From assembly GCA_900617105.1 (NCBI GenBank), contig UYFQ01000173.1, positions 62,001 through 95,517 on the forward strand: a stretch of 33,517 bases of DNA, read 5' to 3'. This DNA comes from Hydrurus foetidus (Eukaryota). Below the pieces are notes generated by a model. The model had not been told where the DNA came from. It saw only the letters and a program-made list of their open reading frames with translations, and searched no databases. The translations under genes and the position numbers were made by a program. This document shows positions 8,486 through 21,737 of this stretch, one piece after another; the stretch's first letter is position 1, and every line of letters begins with the position of its first letter.

Positions 8486-11400
8486 ATGGAGATACGTCTC
8501 TATATAATGATAAATATCCTTCTCGGACTTCTAGTACTCAGTACGAAACTGGAGAGTTGTCTATCTGGATGTTCGGATTCATCACCGAAGTGCACTGAGG
8601 CACAGCTAGCTCAGAATCATTCCTCAAGTCATACTCATGTTTTCAAGGCTGGGATGCCATTATTGGCATCACGCTCCGATCTAATCAAGAAAGGACGACC
8701 TGATGACGATTATATTCATGAAGTTGTGTTTGCAACCCAGTCGAGGAACATGGACAAATTAACCCGAATAGTTGACGACGTCTCAGATCCGCAAAGTGTC
8801 AACTACGGCCAGCACATGACGAGGGAGCATGTCATAGAGATGACATCTAGCCCAGAATCTTCTGCCGCAGTGAGCGCATATTTGCATTCAAATGGTGCAT
8901 CGGTGGTATCGGTAACTTTAGGCGAAGAGTACATCACAGCTCAGGCACCGATATCTGTGTGGGAGCGGCTCCTCAATACCAGATTCCACATCTTTCAGCA
9001 GACGCATCGCAATGGACATGTGACTGAGTCAGTCAGAGCCGAAGAGTACTGGATATCAAAGGAAATCGACTCGCATGTGCTTTGTGCGACAAATACTGTC
9101 GAAATGCCTGTCATTCAGCAATGGGGAAAGTCAGATGTTGTTGAAGCCGAGAGCACCAGAAACAGAAGGCTTCAAATACCTGGGCTGTTACACGAACAAC
9201 TGATTACTCCCGCAAGACTGAGAATTTATTACAATATTAGTAACAGTAAAGGTAGCAGTTTATCTACCCAGGTGGTCTTCGGGAACCCGGATAGTTATTT
9301 CAGTCAACTACGTCTACGCTGGTTTCAAGGGAATGTGTCAATGCAACCGTATCAAGCAGCTATCATACAGTTCCCAGATGATGGTCACACGAAAGATGAC
9401 GCAGGTGATACTTCTGAGGATAAATTCAGCGAGATCAACCTGGACATACAGTACATAATGGCGATGTCACCTGGGTCACCCACTACATACTGGCGTTACA
9501 ATGATCTGGGCATATCTAGATTTCTCAGAGATATGGCATCGTCACCAAAACCATCGCTAGTGGTAAGTATCAGCTACGCTCTCGTAGAAAGATATAACTC
9601 GCCAGCGGAGTGGTACATTTTTGATGAATGGGTACTGAAGGCGAGTGCGATGGGTATCACGGTATTCAGTGCAACCGGCGACAATGGTGCAGTCGACGGT
9701 GGCATCGATGGGGTATTGAGTCGGTGCAGTTATGCGCCATGTTATCCTAGCTCAAGCCCGTATGTCGTTGCAGTCGGAGGCACCACGGTAAGCACACTCA
9801 AACTTCAACACGTTAACACGATGGACATGTGCAGTATTATCATGGACTCACCAATGCTGTTCCTCTTGCATGCAGGGTGCGTTGGAGTACACCGAGGAAG
9901 TCGTGTGCGCGTGGAGTACAGGCCAAAAAATAACTGGTGGTGGAGGATTCTCAACTCAGTATCTTCGACCAGCGTATCAGGACGCGGCGGTAAAGAGATA
10001 CTTCACAGAAGTGGATCGTTCAACGAATAAGCCTGCACCTGGATACAATGCTGGGGGCAGAGGATTTCCAGACGTGTCTTTCGAAGCGAACATGTACAGA
10101 GTGCAGAAAATGAACGAGCTGGCAACACACTGGAGCGGAACGTCAGGTACCTCCGCGTCTTGTCCTGTCGCAGCAGGCATGTTCTCCAATATCAATGCTG
10201 CTCGCCTAGCTATAGGAAAGGGATCTCTCGGCTGGGTCAACCCTGTGCTGTACACATACTTTTCTCGCTTTGGGAACGATGTAGTGAAGGGAAACAACAA
10301 GGACGGTCCGACATGCCCTCAGGGCTTCTACGCTACACCAGGGTGGGACCCCGCATCAGGTCTCGGATCAATCAATTACGGGAAGTTTGAAGAAGTCATG
10401 CTTTCACTCGGAAACGTCAACTCTGCTTTAGCGGATCCGTTACCTCAGCCAACACAATATCCGACTAAACTTGCAAAAACTCCATTCAACAACGAAGGAT
10501 CGGAAGAATACAAAGAGCCCGATTATATAATTGCTATGCCGACCACCATACCTACAAATGCCCCGAGCATCAAGCCATCAAAAATTCCAACTATGATACC
10601 TACGTCAACGCCCACGCTATCGCCGACGTCACGACCCAGCAGCTGTCCCAGTATGGTGCCGTCAGACATGCCAACTATGATACCTGCGTCAACGCCTACG
10701 TCAACGCCCACGCTATCGCCGACGTCACGACCCAGCAGCTGTCCCAGTATGGTGCCGTCAGACATGCCAACTATGATACCTGCGTCAACGCCCACGCTAT
10801 CGCCGACGTCACGACCCAGCAGCTGTCCCAGTATGGTGCCGTCAGACATGCCAACTATGATACCTGCGTCAACGCCTACGTCAACGCCCACGCTATCGCC
10901 GACGTCACGACCCAGCAGCTGTCCCAGTATGGTGCCGTCAGACATGCCAACTATGATACCTGCGTCAACGCCTACGTCAACGCCCACGCTATCGCCGACG
11001 TCACGACCCAGCAGCTGTCCCAGTATGGTGCCGTCAGACATGCCAACTATGATACCTACGTCAACGCCCACGCTATCGCCGACGTCACGACCCAGCAGCT
11101 GTCCCAGTATGGTGCCGTCAGACATGCCAACTATGATACCTGCGTCAACGCCTACGTCAACGCCCACGCTATCGCCGACGTCACGACCCAGCAGCTGTCC
11201 CAGTATGGTGCCGTCAGACATGCCAACTATGATACCTGCGTCAACGCCTACGTCAACGCCCACGCTATCGCCGACGTCACGACCCAGCAGCTGTCCCAGT
11301 ATGGTGCCGTCAGACATGCCAACTATGATACCTGCGTCAACGCCTACGTCAACGCCCACGCTATCGCCGACGTCACGACCCAGCAGCTGTCCCAGTATGG

Positions 11401-14400
11401 TGCCGTCAGACATGCCAACTATGATACCTGCGTCAACGCCTACGTCAACGCCCACGCTATCGCCGACGTCACGACCCAGCAGCTGTCCCAGTATGGTGCC
11501 GTCAGACATGCCAACTATGATACCTGCGTCAACGCCTACGTCAACGCCCACGCTATCGCCGACGTCACGACCCAGCAGCTGTCCCAGTATGGTGCCGTCA
11601 GACATGCCAACTATGATACCTGCGTCAACGCCTACGTCAACGCCCACGCTATCGCCGACGTCACGACCCAGCAGCTGTCCCAGTATGGTGCCGTCAGACA
11701 TGCCAACTATGATACCTGCGTCAACGCCTACGTCAACGCCCACGCTATCGCCGACGTCACGACCCAGCAGCTGTCCCAGTATGGTGCCGTCAGACATGCC
11801 AACTATGATACCTGCGTCAACGCCTACGTCAACGCCCACGCTATCGCCGACGTCACGACCCAGCAGCTGTCCCAGTATGGTGCCGTCAGACATGCCAACT
11901 ATGATACCTGCGTCAACGCCTACGTCAACGCCCACGCTATCGCCGACGTCACGACCCAGCAGCTGTCCCAGTATGGTGCCGTCAGACATGCCAACTATGA
12001 TACCTGCGTCAACGCCTACGTCAACGCCCACGCTATCGCCGACGTCACGACCCAGCAGCTGTCCCAGTATGGTGCCGTCAGACATGCCAACTATGATACC
12101 TGCGTCAACGCCTACGTCAACGCCCACGCTATCGCCGACGTCACGACCCAGCAGCTGTCCCAGTATGGTGCCGTCAGACATGCCAACTATGATACCTGCG
12201 TCAACGCCTCGTCAACGCCCACGCTATCGCCGACGTCACGACCCAGCAGCTGTCCCAGTATGGTGCCGTCAGACATGCCAACTATGATACCTACGTCAAC
12301 GCCCACGCTATCGCCGACGTCACGACCCAGCAGCTGTCCCAGTATGGTGCCGTCAGACATGCCAACTATGATACCTACGTCAACGCCCACGCTATCGCCG
12401 ACGTCACGACCCAGCAGCTGTCCCAGTATGGTGCCGTCAGACATGCCAACTATGATACCTACGTCAACGCCCACGCTATCGCCGACGTCACGACCCAGCA
12501 GCTGTCCCAGTATGGTGCCGTCAGACATGCCAACTATGATACCTGCGTCAACGCCTACGTCAACGCCCACGCTATCGCCGACGTCACGACCCAGCAGCTG
12601 TCCCAGTATGGTGCCGTCAGACATGCCAACTATGATACCTACGTCAACGCCCACGCTATCGCCGACGTCACGACCCAGCAGCTGTCCCAGTATGGTGCCG
12701 TCAGACATGCCAACTATGATACCTGCGTCAACGCCCGTCAACGCCCACGCTATCGCCGACGTCACGACCCAGCAGCTGTCCCAGTATGGTGCCGTCAGAC
12801 ATGCCAACTATGATACCTGCGTCAACGCCTACGTCAACGCCCACGCTATCGCCGACGTCACGACCCAGCAGCTGTCCCAGTATGGTGCCGTCAGACATGC
12901 CAACTATGATACCTACGTCAACGCCCACGCTATCGCCGACGTCACGACCCAGCAGCTGTCCCAGTATGGTGCCGTCAGACATGCCAACTATGATACCTAC
13001 GTCAACGCCCACGCTATCGCCGACGTCACGACCCAGCAGCTGTCCCAGTATGGTGCCGTCAGACATGCCAACTATGATACCTGCGTCAACGCCTACGTCA
13101 ACGCCCACGCTATCGCCGACGTCACGACCCAGCAGCTGTCCCAGTATGGTGCCGTCAGACATGCCAACTATGATACCTGCGTCAACGCCTCGTCAACGCC
13201 CACGCTATCGCCGACGTCACGACCCAGCAGCTGTCCCAGTATGGTGCCGTCAGACATGCCAACTATGATACCTGCGTCAACGCCTACGTCAACGCCCACG
13301 CTATCGCCGACGTCACGACCCAGCAGCTGTCCCAGTATGGTGCCGTCAGACATGCCAACTATGATACCTGCGTCAACGCCTACGTCAACGCCCACGCTAT
13401 CGCCGACGTCACGACCCAGCAGCTGTCCCAGTATGGTGCCGTCAGACATGCCAACTATGATACCTGCGTCAACGCCTACGTCAACGCCCACGCTATCGCC
13501 GACGTCACGACCCAGCAGCTGTCCCAGTATGGTGCCGTCAGACATGCCAACTATGATACCTGCGTCAACGCCTACGTCAACGCCCACGCTATCGCCGACG
13601 TCACGACCCAGCAGCTGTCCCAGTATGGTGCCGTCAGACATGCCAACTATGATACCTGCGTCAACGCCTACGTCAACGCCCACGCTATCGCCGACGTCAC
13701 GACCCAGCAGCTGTCCCAGTATGGTGCCGTCAGACATGCCAACTATGATACCTGCGTCAACGCCTACGTCAACGCCCACGCTATCGCCGACGTCACGACC
13801 CAGCAGCTGTCCCAGTATGGTGCCGTCAGACATGCCAACTATGATACCTGCGTCAACGCCTCGTCAACGCCCACGCTATCGCCGACGTCACGACCCAGCA
13901 GCTGTCCCAGTATGGTGCCGTCAGACATGCCAACTATGATACCTGCGTCAACGCCCACGCTATCGCCCACGCTATCGCCGTCGTCACGACCCAGCAGCTG
14001 TCCCAGTATGGTGCCGTCAGACATGCCAACTATGATACCTGCGTCAACGCCTACGTCAACGCCCACGCTATCGCCGACGTCACGACCCAGCAGCTGTCCC
14101 AGTATGGTGCCGTCAGACATGCCAACTATGATACCTGCGTCAACGCCTACGTCAACGCCCACGCTATCGCCGACGTCACGACCCAGCAGCTGTCCCAGTA
14201 TGGTGCCGTCAGACATGCCAACTATGATACCTGCGTCAACGCCTACGTCAACGCCCACGCTATCGCCGACGTCACGACCCAGCAGCTGTCCCAGTATGGT
14301 GCCGTCAGACATGCCAACTATGATACCTGCGTCAACGCCCACGCTATCGCCGACGTCACGACCCAGCAGCTGTCCCAGTATGGTGCCGTCAGACATGCCA

Positions 14401-17400
14401 ACTATGATACCTGCGTCAACGCCCGTCAACGCCCACGCTATCGCCGACGTCACGACCCAGCAGCTGTCCCAGTATGGTGCCGTCAGACATGCCAACTATG
14501 ATACCTGCGTCAACGCCTCAACGCCCACGCTATCGCCGACGTCACGACCCAGCAGCTGTCCCAGTATGGTGCCGTCAGACATGCCAACTATGATACCTGC
14601 GTCAACGCCTCGTCAACGCCCACGCTATCGCCGACGTCACGACCCAGCAGCTGTCCCAGTATGGTGCCGTCAGACATGCCAACTATGATACCTGCGTCAA
14701 CGCCTACGTCAACGCCCACGCTATCGCCGACGTCACGACCCAGCAGCTGTCCCAGTATGGTGCCGTCAGACATGCCAACTATGATACCTGCGTCAACGCC
14801 TACGTCAACGCCCACGCTATCGCCGACGTCACGACCCAGCAGCTGTCCCAGTATGGTGCCGTCAGACATGCCAACTATGATACCTGCGTCAACGCCTCGT
14901 CAACGCCCACGCTATCGCCGACGTCACGACCCAGCAGCTGTCCCAGTATGGTGCCGTCAGACATGCCAACTATGATACCTGCGTCAACGCCTACGTCAAC
15001 GCCCACGCTATCGCCGACGTCACGACCCAGCAGCTGTCCCAGTATGGTGCCGTCAGACATGCCAACTATGATACCTGCGTCAACGCCTACGTCAACGCCC
15101 ACGCTATCGCCGACGTCACGACCCAGCAGCTGTCCCAGTATGGTGCCGTCAGACATGCCAACTATGATACCTGCGTCAACGCCCACGCTATCGCCGACGT
15201 CACGACCCAGCAGCTGTCCCAGTATGGTGCCGTCAGACATGCCAACTATGATACCTACGTCAACGCCCACGCTATCGCCGACGTCACGACCCAGCAGCTG
15301 TCCCAGTATGGTGCCGTCAGACATGCCAACTATGATACCTGCGTCAACGCCCACGCTATCGCCGACGTCACGACCCAGCAGCTGTCCCAGTATGGTGCCG
15401 TCAGACATGCCAACTATGATACCTGCGTCAACGCCCACGCTATCGCCGACGTCACGACCCAGCAGCTGTCCCAGTATGGTGCCGTCAGACATGCCAACTA
15501 TGATACCTACGTCAACGCCCACGCTATCGCCGACGTCACGACCCAGCAGCTGTCCCAGTATGGTGCCGTCAGACATGCCAACTATGATACCTACGTCAAC
15601 GCCCACGCTATCGCCGACGTCACGACCCAGCAGCTGTCCCAGTATGGTGCCGTCAGACATGCCAACTATGATACCTACGTCAACGCCCACGCTATCGCCG
15701 ACGTCACGACCCAGCAGCTGTCCCAGTATGGTGCCGTCAGACATGCCAACTATGATACCTACGTCAACGCCCACGCTATCGCCGACGTCACGACCCAGCA
15801 GCTGTCCCAGTATGGTGCCGTCAGACATGCCAACTATGATACCTACGTCAACGCCCACGCTATCGCCGACGTCACGACCCAGCAGCTGTCCCAGTATGGT
15901 GCCGTCAGACATGCCAACTATGATACCTGCGTCAACGCCTACAACGCCCACGCTATCGCCGACGTCACGACCCAGCAGCTGTCCCAGTATGGTGCCGTCA
16001 GACATGCCAACTATGATACCTGCGTCAACGCCCACGCTATCGCCGACGTCACGACCCAGCAGCTGTCCCAGTATGGTGCCGTCAGACATGCCAACTATGA
16101 TACCTACGTCAACGCCCACGCTATCGCCGACGTCACGACCCAGCAGCTGTCCCAGTATGGTGCCGTCAGACATGCCAACTATGATACCTACGTCAACGCC
16201 CACGCTATCGCCGACGTCACGACCCAGCAGCTGTCCCAGTATGGTGCCGTCAGACATGCCAACTATGATACCTGCGTCAACGCCTACGTCAACGCCCACG
16301 CTATCGCCGACGTCACGACCCAGCAGCTGTCCCAGTATGGTGCCGTCAGACATGCCAACTATGATACCTGCGTCAACGCCCACGCTATCGCCGACGTCAC
16401 GACCCAGCAGCTGTCCCAGTATGGTGCCGTCAGACATGCCAACTATGATACCTGCGTCAACGCCTACGCAACGCCCACGCTATCGCCGACGTCACGACCC
16501 AGCAGCTGTCCCAGTATGGTGCCGTCAGACATGCCAACTATGATACCTACGTCAACGCCCACGCTATCGCCGACGTCACGACCCAGCAGCTGTCCCAGTA
16601 TGGTGCCGTCAGACATGCCAACTATGATACCTGCGTCAACGCCTACGTCAACGCCCACGCTATCGCCGACGTCACGACCCAGCAGCTGTCCCAGTATGGT
16701 GCCGTCAGACATGCCAACTATGATACCTACGTCAACGCCCACGCTATCGCCGACGTCACGACCCAGCAGCTGTCCCAGTATGGTGCCGTCAGACATGCCA
16801 ACTATGATACCTACGTCAACGCCCACGCTATCGCCGACGTCACGACCCAGCAGCTGTCCCAGTATGGTGCCGTCAGACATGCCAACTATGATACCTACGT
16901 CAACGCCCACGCTATCGCCGACGTCACGACCCAGCAGCTGTCCCAGTATGGTGCCGTCAGACATGCCAACTATGATACCTGCGTCAACGCCCACGCTATC
17001 GCCGACGTCACGACCCAGCAGCTGTCCCAGTATGGTGCCGTCAGACATGCCAACTATGATACCTACGTCAACGCCCACGCTATCGCCGACGTCACGACCC
17101 AGCAGCTGTCCCAGTATGGTGCCGTCAGACATGCCAACTATGATACCTACGTCAACGCCCACGCTATCGCCGACGTCACGACCCAGCAGCTGTCCCAGTA
17201 TGGTGCCGTCAGACATGCCAACTATGATACCTACGTCAACGCCCACGCTATCGCCGACGTCACGACCCAGCAGCTGTCCCAGTATGGTGCCGTCAGACAT
17301 GCCAACTATGATACCTGCGTCAACGCCCACGCTATCGCCGACGTCACGACCCAGCAGCTGTCCCAGTATGGTGCCGTCAGACATGCCAACTATGATACCT

Positions 17401-20400
17401 ACGTCAACGCCCACGCTATCGCCGACGTCACGACCCAGCAGCTGTCCCAGTATGGTGCCGTCAGACATGCCAACTATGATACCTACGTCAACGCCCACGC
17501 TATCGCCGACGTCACGACCCAGCAGCTGTCCCAGTATGGTGCCGTCAGACATGCCAACTATGATACCTACGTCAACGCCCACGCTATCGCCGACGTCACG
17601 ACCCAGCAGCTGTCCCAGTATGGTGCCGTCAGACATGCCAACTATGATACCTACGTCAACGCCCACGCTATCGCCGACGTCACGACCCAGCAGCTGTCCC
17701 AGTATGGTGCCGTCAGACATGCCAACTATGATACCTACGTCAACGCCCACGCTATCGCCGACGTCACGACCCAGCAGCTGTCCCAGTATGGTGCCGTCAG
17801 ACATGCCAACTATGATACCTACGTCAACGCCCACGCTATCGCCGACGTCACGACCCAGCAGCTGTCCCAGTATGGTGCCGTCAGACATGCCAACTATGAT
17901 ACCTGCGTCAACGCCCACGTCAACGCCCACGCTATCGCCGACGTCACGACCCAGCAGCTGTCCCAGTATGGTGCCGTCAGACATGCCAACTATGATACCT
18001 GCGTCAACGCCCACGCTATCGCCGACGTCACGACCCAGCAGCTGTCCCAGTATGGTGCCGTCAGACATGCCAACTATGATACCTACGTCAACGCCCACGC
18101 TATCGCCGACGTCACGACCCAGCAGCTGTCCCAGTATGGTGCCGTCAGACATGCCAACTATGATACCTGCGTCAACGCCTACGCAACGCCCACGCTATCG
18201 CCGACGTCACGACCCAGCAGCTGTCCCAGTATGGTGCCGTCAGACATGCCAACTATGATACCTGCGTCAACGCCCACGCAACGCCCACGCTATCGCCGAC
18301 GTCACGACCCAGCAGCTGTCCCAGTATGGTGCCGTCAGACATGCCAACTATGATACCTGCGTCAACGCCCACGCTATCGCCGACGTCACGACCCAGCAGC
18401 TGTCCCAGTATGGTGCCGTCAGACATGCCAACTATGATACCTGCGTCAACGCCCACGCTATCGCCGACGTCACGACCCAGCAGCTGTCCCAGTATGGTGC
18501 CGTCAGACATGCCAACTATGATACCTGCGTCAACGCCCACGCTATCGCCGACGTCACGACCCAGCAGCTGTCCCAGTATGGTGCCGTCAGACATGCCAAC
18601 TATGATACCTACGTCAACGCCCACGCTATCGCCGACGTCACGACCCAGCAGCTGTCCCAGTATGGTGCCGTCAGACATGCCAACTATGATACCTACGTCA
18701 ACGCCCACGCTATCGCCGACGTCACGACCCAGCAGCTGTCCCAGTATGGTGCCGTCAGACATGCCAACTATGATACCTACGTCAACGCCCACGCTATCGC
18801 CGACGTCACGACCCAGCAGCTGTCCCAGTATGGTGCCGTCAGACATGCCAACTATGATACCTACGTCAACGCCCACGCTATCGCCGACGTCACGACCCAG
18901 CAGCTGTCCCAGTATGGTGCCGTCAGACATGCCAACTATGATACCTACGTCAACGCCTACACGCCCACGCTATCGCCGACGTCACGACCCAGCAGCTGTC
19001 CCAGTATGGTGCCGTCAGACATGCCAACTATGATACCTACGTCAACGCCCACGCTATCGCCGACGTCACGACCCAGCAGCTGTCCCAGTATGGTGCCGTC
19101 AGACATGCCAACTATGATACCTACGTCAACGCCCACGCTATCGCCGACGTCACGACCCAGCAGCTGTCCCAGTATGGTGCCGTCAGACATGCCAACTATG
19201 ATACCTACGTCAACGCCCACGCTATCGCCGACGTCACGACCCAGCAGCTGTCCCAGTATGGTGCCGTCAGACATGCCAACTATGATACCTACGTCAACGC
19301 CCACGCTATCGCCGACGTCACGACCCAGCAGCTGTCCCAGTATGGTGCCGTCAGACATGCCAACTATGATACCTACGTCAACGCCCACGCTATCGCCGAC
19401 GTCACGACCCAGCAGCTGTCCCAGTATGGTGCCGTCAGACATGCCAACTATGATACCTACGTCAACGCCCACGCTATCGCCGACGTCACGACCCAGCAGC
19501 TGTCCCAGTATGGTGCCGTCAGACATGCCAACTATGATACCTACGTCAACGCCCACGCTATCGCCCACGCTATCGCCGACGTCACGACCCAGCAGCTGTC
19601 CCAGTATGGTGCCGTCAGACATGCCAACTATGATACCTACGTCAACGCCCACGCTATCGCCGCTATCGCCGACGTCACGACCCAGCAGCTGTCCCAGTAT
19701 GGTGCCGTCAGACATGCCAACTATGATACCTACGTCAACGCCCACGCTATCGCCGACGTCACGACCCAGCAGCTGTCCCAGTATGGTGCCGTCAGACATG
19801 CCAACTATGATACCTACGTCAACGCCTACGCTACGCCCACGCTATCGCCGACGTCACGACCCAGCAGCTGTCCCAGTATGGTGCCGTCAGACATGCCAAC
19901 TATGATACCTACGTCAACGCCCACGCTATCGCCGACGTCACGACCCAGCAGCTGTCCCAGTATGGTGCCGTCAGACATGCCAACTATGATACCTGCGTCA
20001 ACGCCCACGCTATCGCCCACGCTATCGCCGACGTCACGACCCAGCAGCTGTCCCAGTATGGTGCCGTCAGACATGCCAACTATGATACCTACGTCAACGC
20101 CCACGCTATCGCCGACGTCACGACCCAGCAGCTGTCCCAGTATGGTGCCGTCAGACATGCCAACTATGATACCTACGTCAACGCCCACGCTATCGCCGAC
20201 GTCACGACCCAGCAGCTGTCCCAGTATGGTGCCGTCAGACATGCCAACTATGATACCTACGTCAACGCCCACGCTATCGCCCACGCTATCGCCGACGTCA
20301 CGACCCAGCAGCTGTCCCAGTATGGTGCCGTCAGACATGCCAACTATGATACCTACGTCAACGCCCACGCTATCGCCGACGTCACGACCCAGCAGCTGTC

Positions 20401-21737
20401 CCAGTATGGTGCCGTCAGACATGCCAACTGTGATACCTACGTCAACGCCCACGCTATCGCCGATGTCACGACCCAGCAGCTGTCCCAGTATGGTGCCGTC
20501 AGACATACCAACTATGATAAATACAAGTCATTTAAGCTGCTTTCCAACCGCTTTGTCTTCGAGCTTATCTGCATTACCAACATCATCATCGTCACCATCA
20601 GGTAAAATGACAACAAAAACTCTTTCAGATTCTATTCATCTCATTATCTTTATAACAATTGATATTTTTCCCGAATGATTTCGCCACTGTAGGTACCATC
20701 GTCCCATCAAATTTCATTCCTGGGAGAGTGACAACGATATCAGCTTTTCAGGTGAGTGAGTGAGTGAGTGAGTGGGTGAGTGGGCGAGTGGCAAGACTCT
20801 TTCGAGAATTGCATAGCTCTACTACAGATTTGTAATTTCTTGTTTTCTCTTCTTTTGTCCTCTCTTCTTTTCTTCCCTCACCTCCTCTTCTCTGCTTTCT
20901 TCTCTTCGTCATTTCTCTTATTGTATCACATCTTTTCTCCTCTTTTTCTCTTTATCCTACCTCCTCTTCTTTCTCTCATTTCATCTCCTATTCGTTTACC
21001 TCCCCTTCTTCCTTCTGCTTTGTGGCGACTCTACAGGTGCTGTCCGGAGTAACACAACCCGAAGCATCAACTGCATCATTCTCGACAGCAGTGATAGAAA
21101 GCGTGTCAGAGGTGCTTGGCTTGCCGCCTGGAAATGTCACAGGAGATGTGGTCATCGGCAACAGGCGATCTCTCCTTGCCACCGTGAGTATGCTCTACAC
21201 TGTCCGCATAGTCAGCGACATGTCTAGTTCCAGCATCATCAGTAAGCTGCAGCAGGCTATGTCAAGCGGCGCCTTTGTCGCTTTGTTGCGCAAGAAATCT
21301 GGCCTGCCTATCGACAGCGCCACATCTGTGTCGATCACTGACGCAACTCCCACGAGCGCACCTGTTTCATCTCTCGAGATCCCTACCAAAACACGAGGTA
21401 CGATTGCAGGCCACATTATCTGTAGCTGTATCTGTATCTTTATCTCTGAATCTAGGAAACTAAGTGCTGCATTTCAATGTCCACAGACTCGTCTAATCAA
21501 TCGAGCGTCAACATTGGATCAATCGCTGGCGGCACTATCGGGGCGTTTCTGCTCATCCTGATTTGCTTTAGTGCCTATTACTGCATGCACTGGAAACAGA
21601 ATAAATTCTCACCGGTTCAATCAAAACTGGGACTGTTGTACGAGGAAGACATCATCGACATGATTCCAGAGACCGTAGGCAGGAACCCAGGGTTGGTGGA
21701 TTCGCACGATGTCATGGTGACGTCGTATGAGATATAA
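8486..21737 (+). CDS. Giant type-I membrane sedolisin (peptidase S53, TPP1/kumamolisin-like) with mucin-like stalk, SEA-like domain and TM helix; exons 8486-9787, 9876-20601, 20693-20751, 21037-21397, 21487-21737 (~4230 aa if array frameshifts are artefacts)
   Basis: Hydrophobic N-terminus and pro-domain (VSDPQSVNYGQHMTRE). Catalytic motifs: SEINLDIQY (Glu/Asp), ATGDNG (oxyanion Asp), PSSSPYVVAVGGT, GGGFS, GRGFPDVS, GTSASCP (Ser), GWDPASGLGSIN (Ca site). All four introns are GT-AG and phase-compatible (9788-9875, 20602-20692, 20752-21036, 21398-21486). TM segment IAGGTIGAFLLILICFSAYYC. Confidence 0.88.
10587..20519 (+). repeat. Coding minisatellite of roughly 110-115 near-identical 84-bp and 96-bp units ([ASTP]TSTPTLSPTSRPSSCPSMVPSDMPTMIP)
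   Basis: Direct reading. Units differ mainly by an optional 12-bp segment and GCG/ACG; 96-bp units dominate the 5' part and 84-bp units the 3' part. Copy number is estimated from length. Confidence 0.97.

Noticed and set aside
9788..10030. C-terminal extension of the 514-aa ORF, suggesting a split or frameshifted protease
   Set aside because: Explained by an 88-nt GT-AG intron (9788-9875) that restores a continuous S53 domain.
20780..21052. Hydrophobic 90-aa ORF (and mirror 23957-24229)
   Set aside because: Translation of a CT-rich intron bounded by good GT-AG sites.
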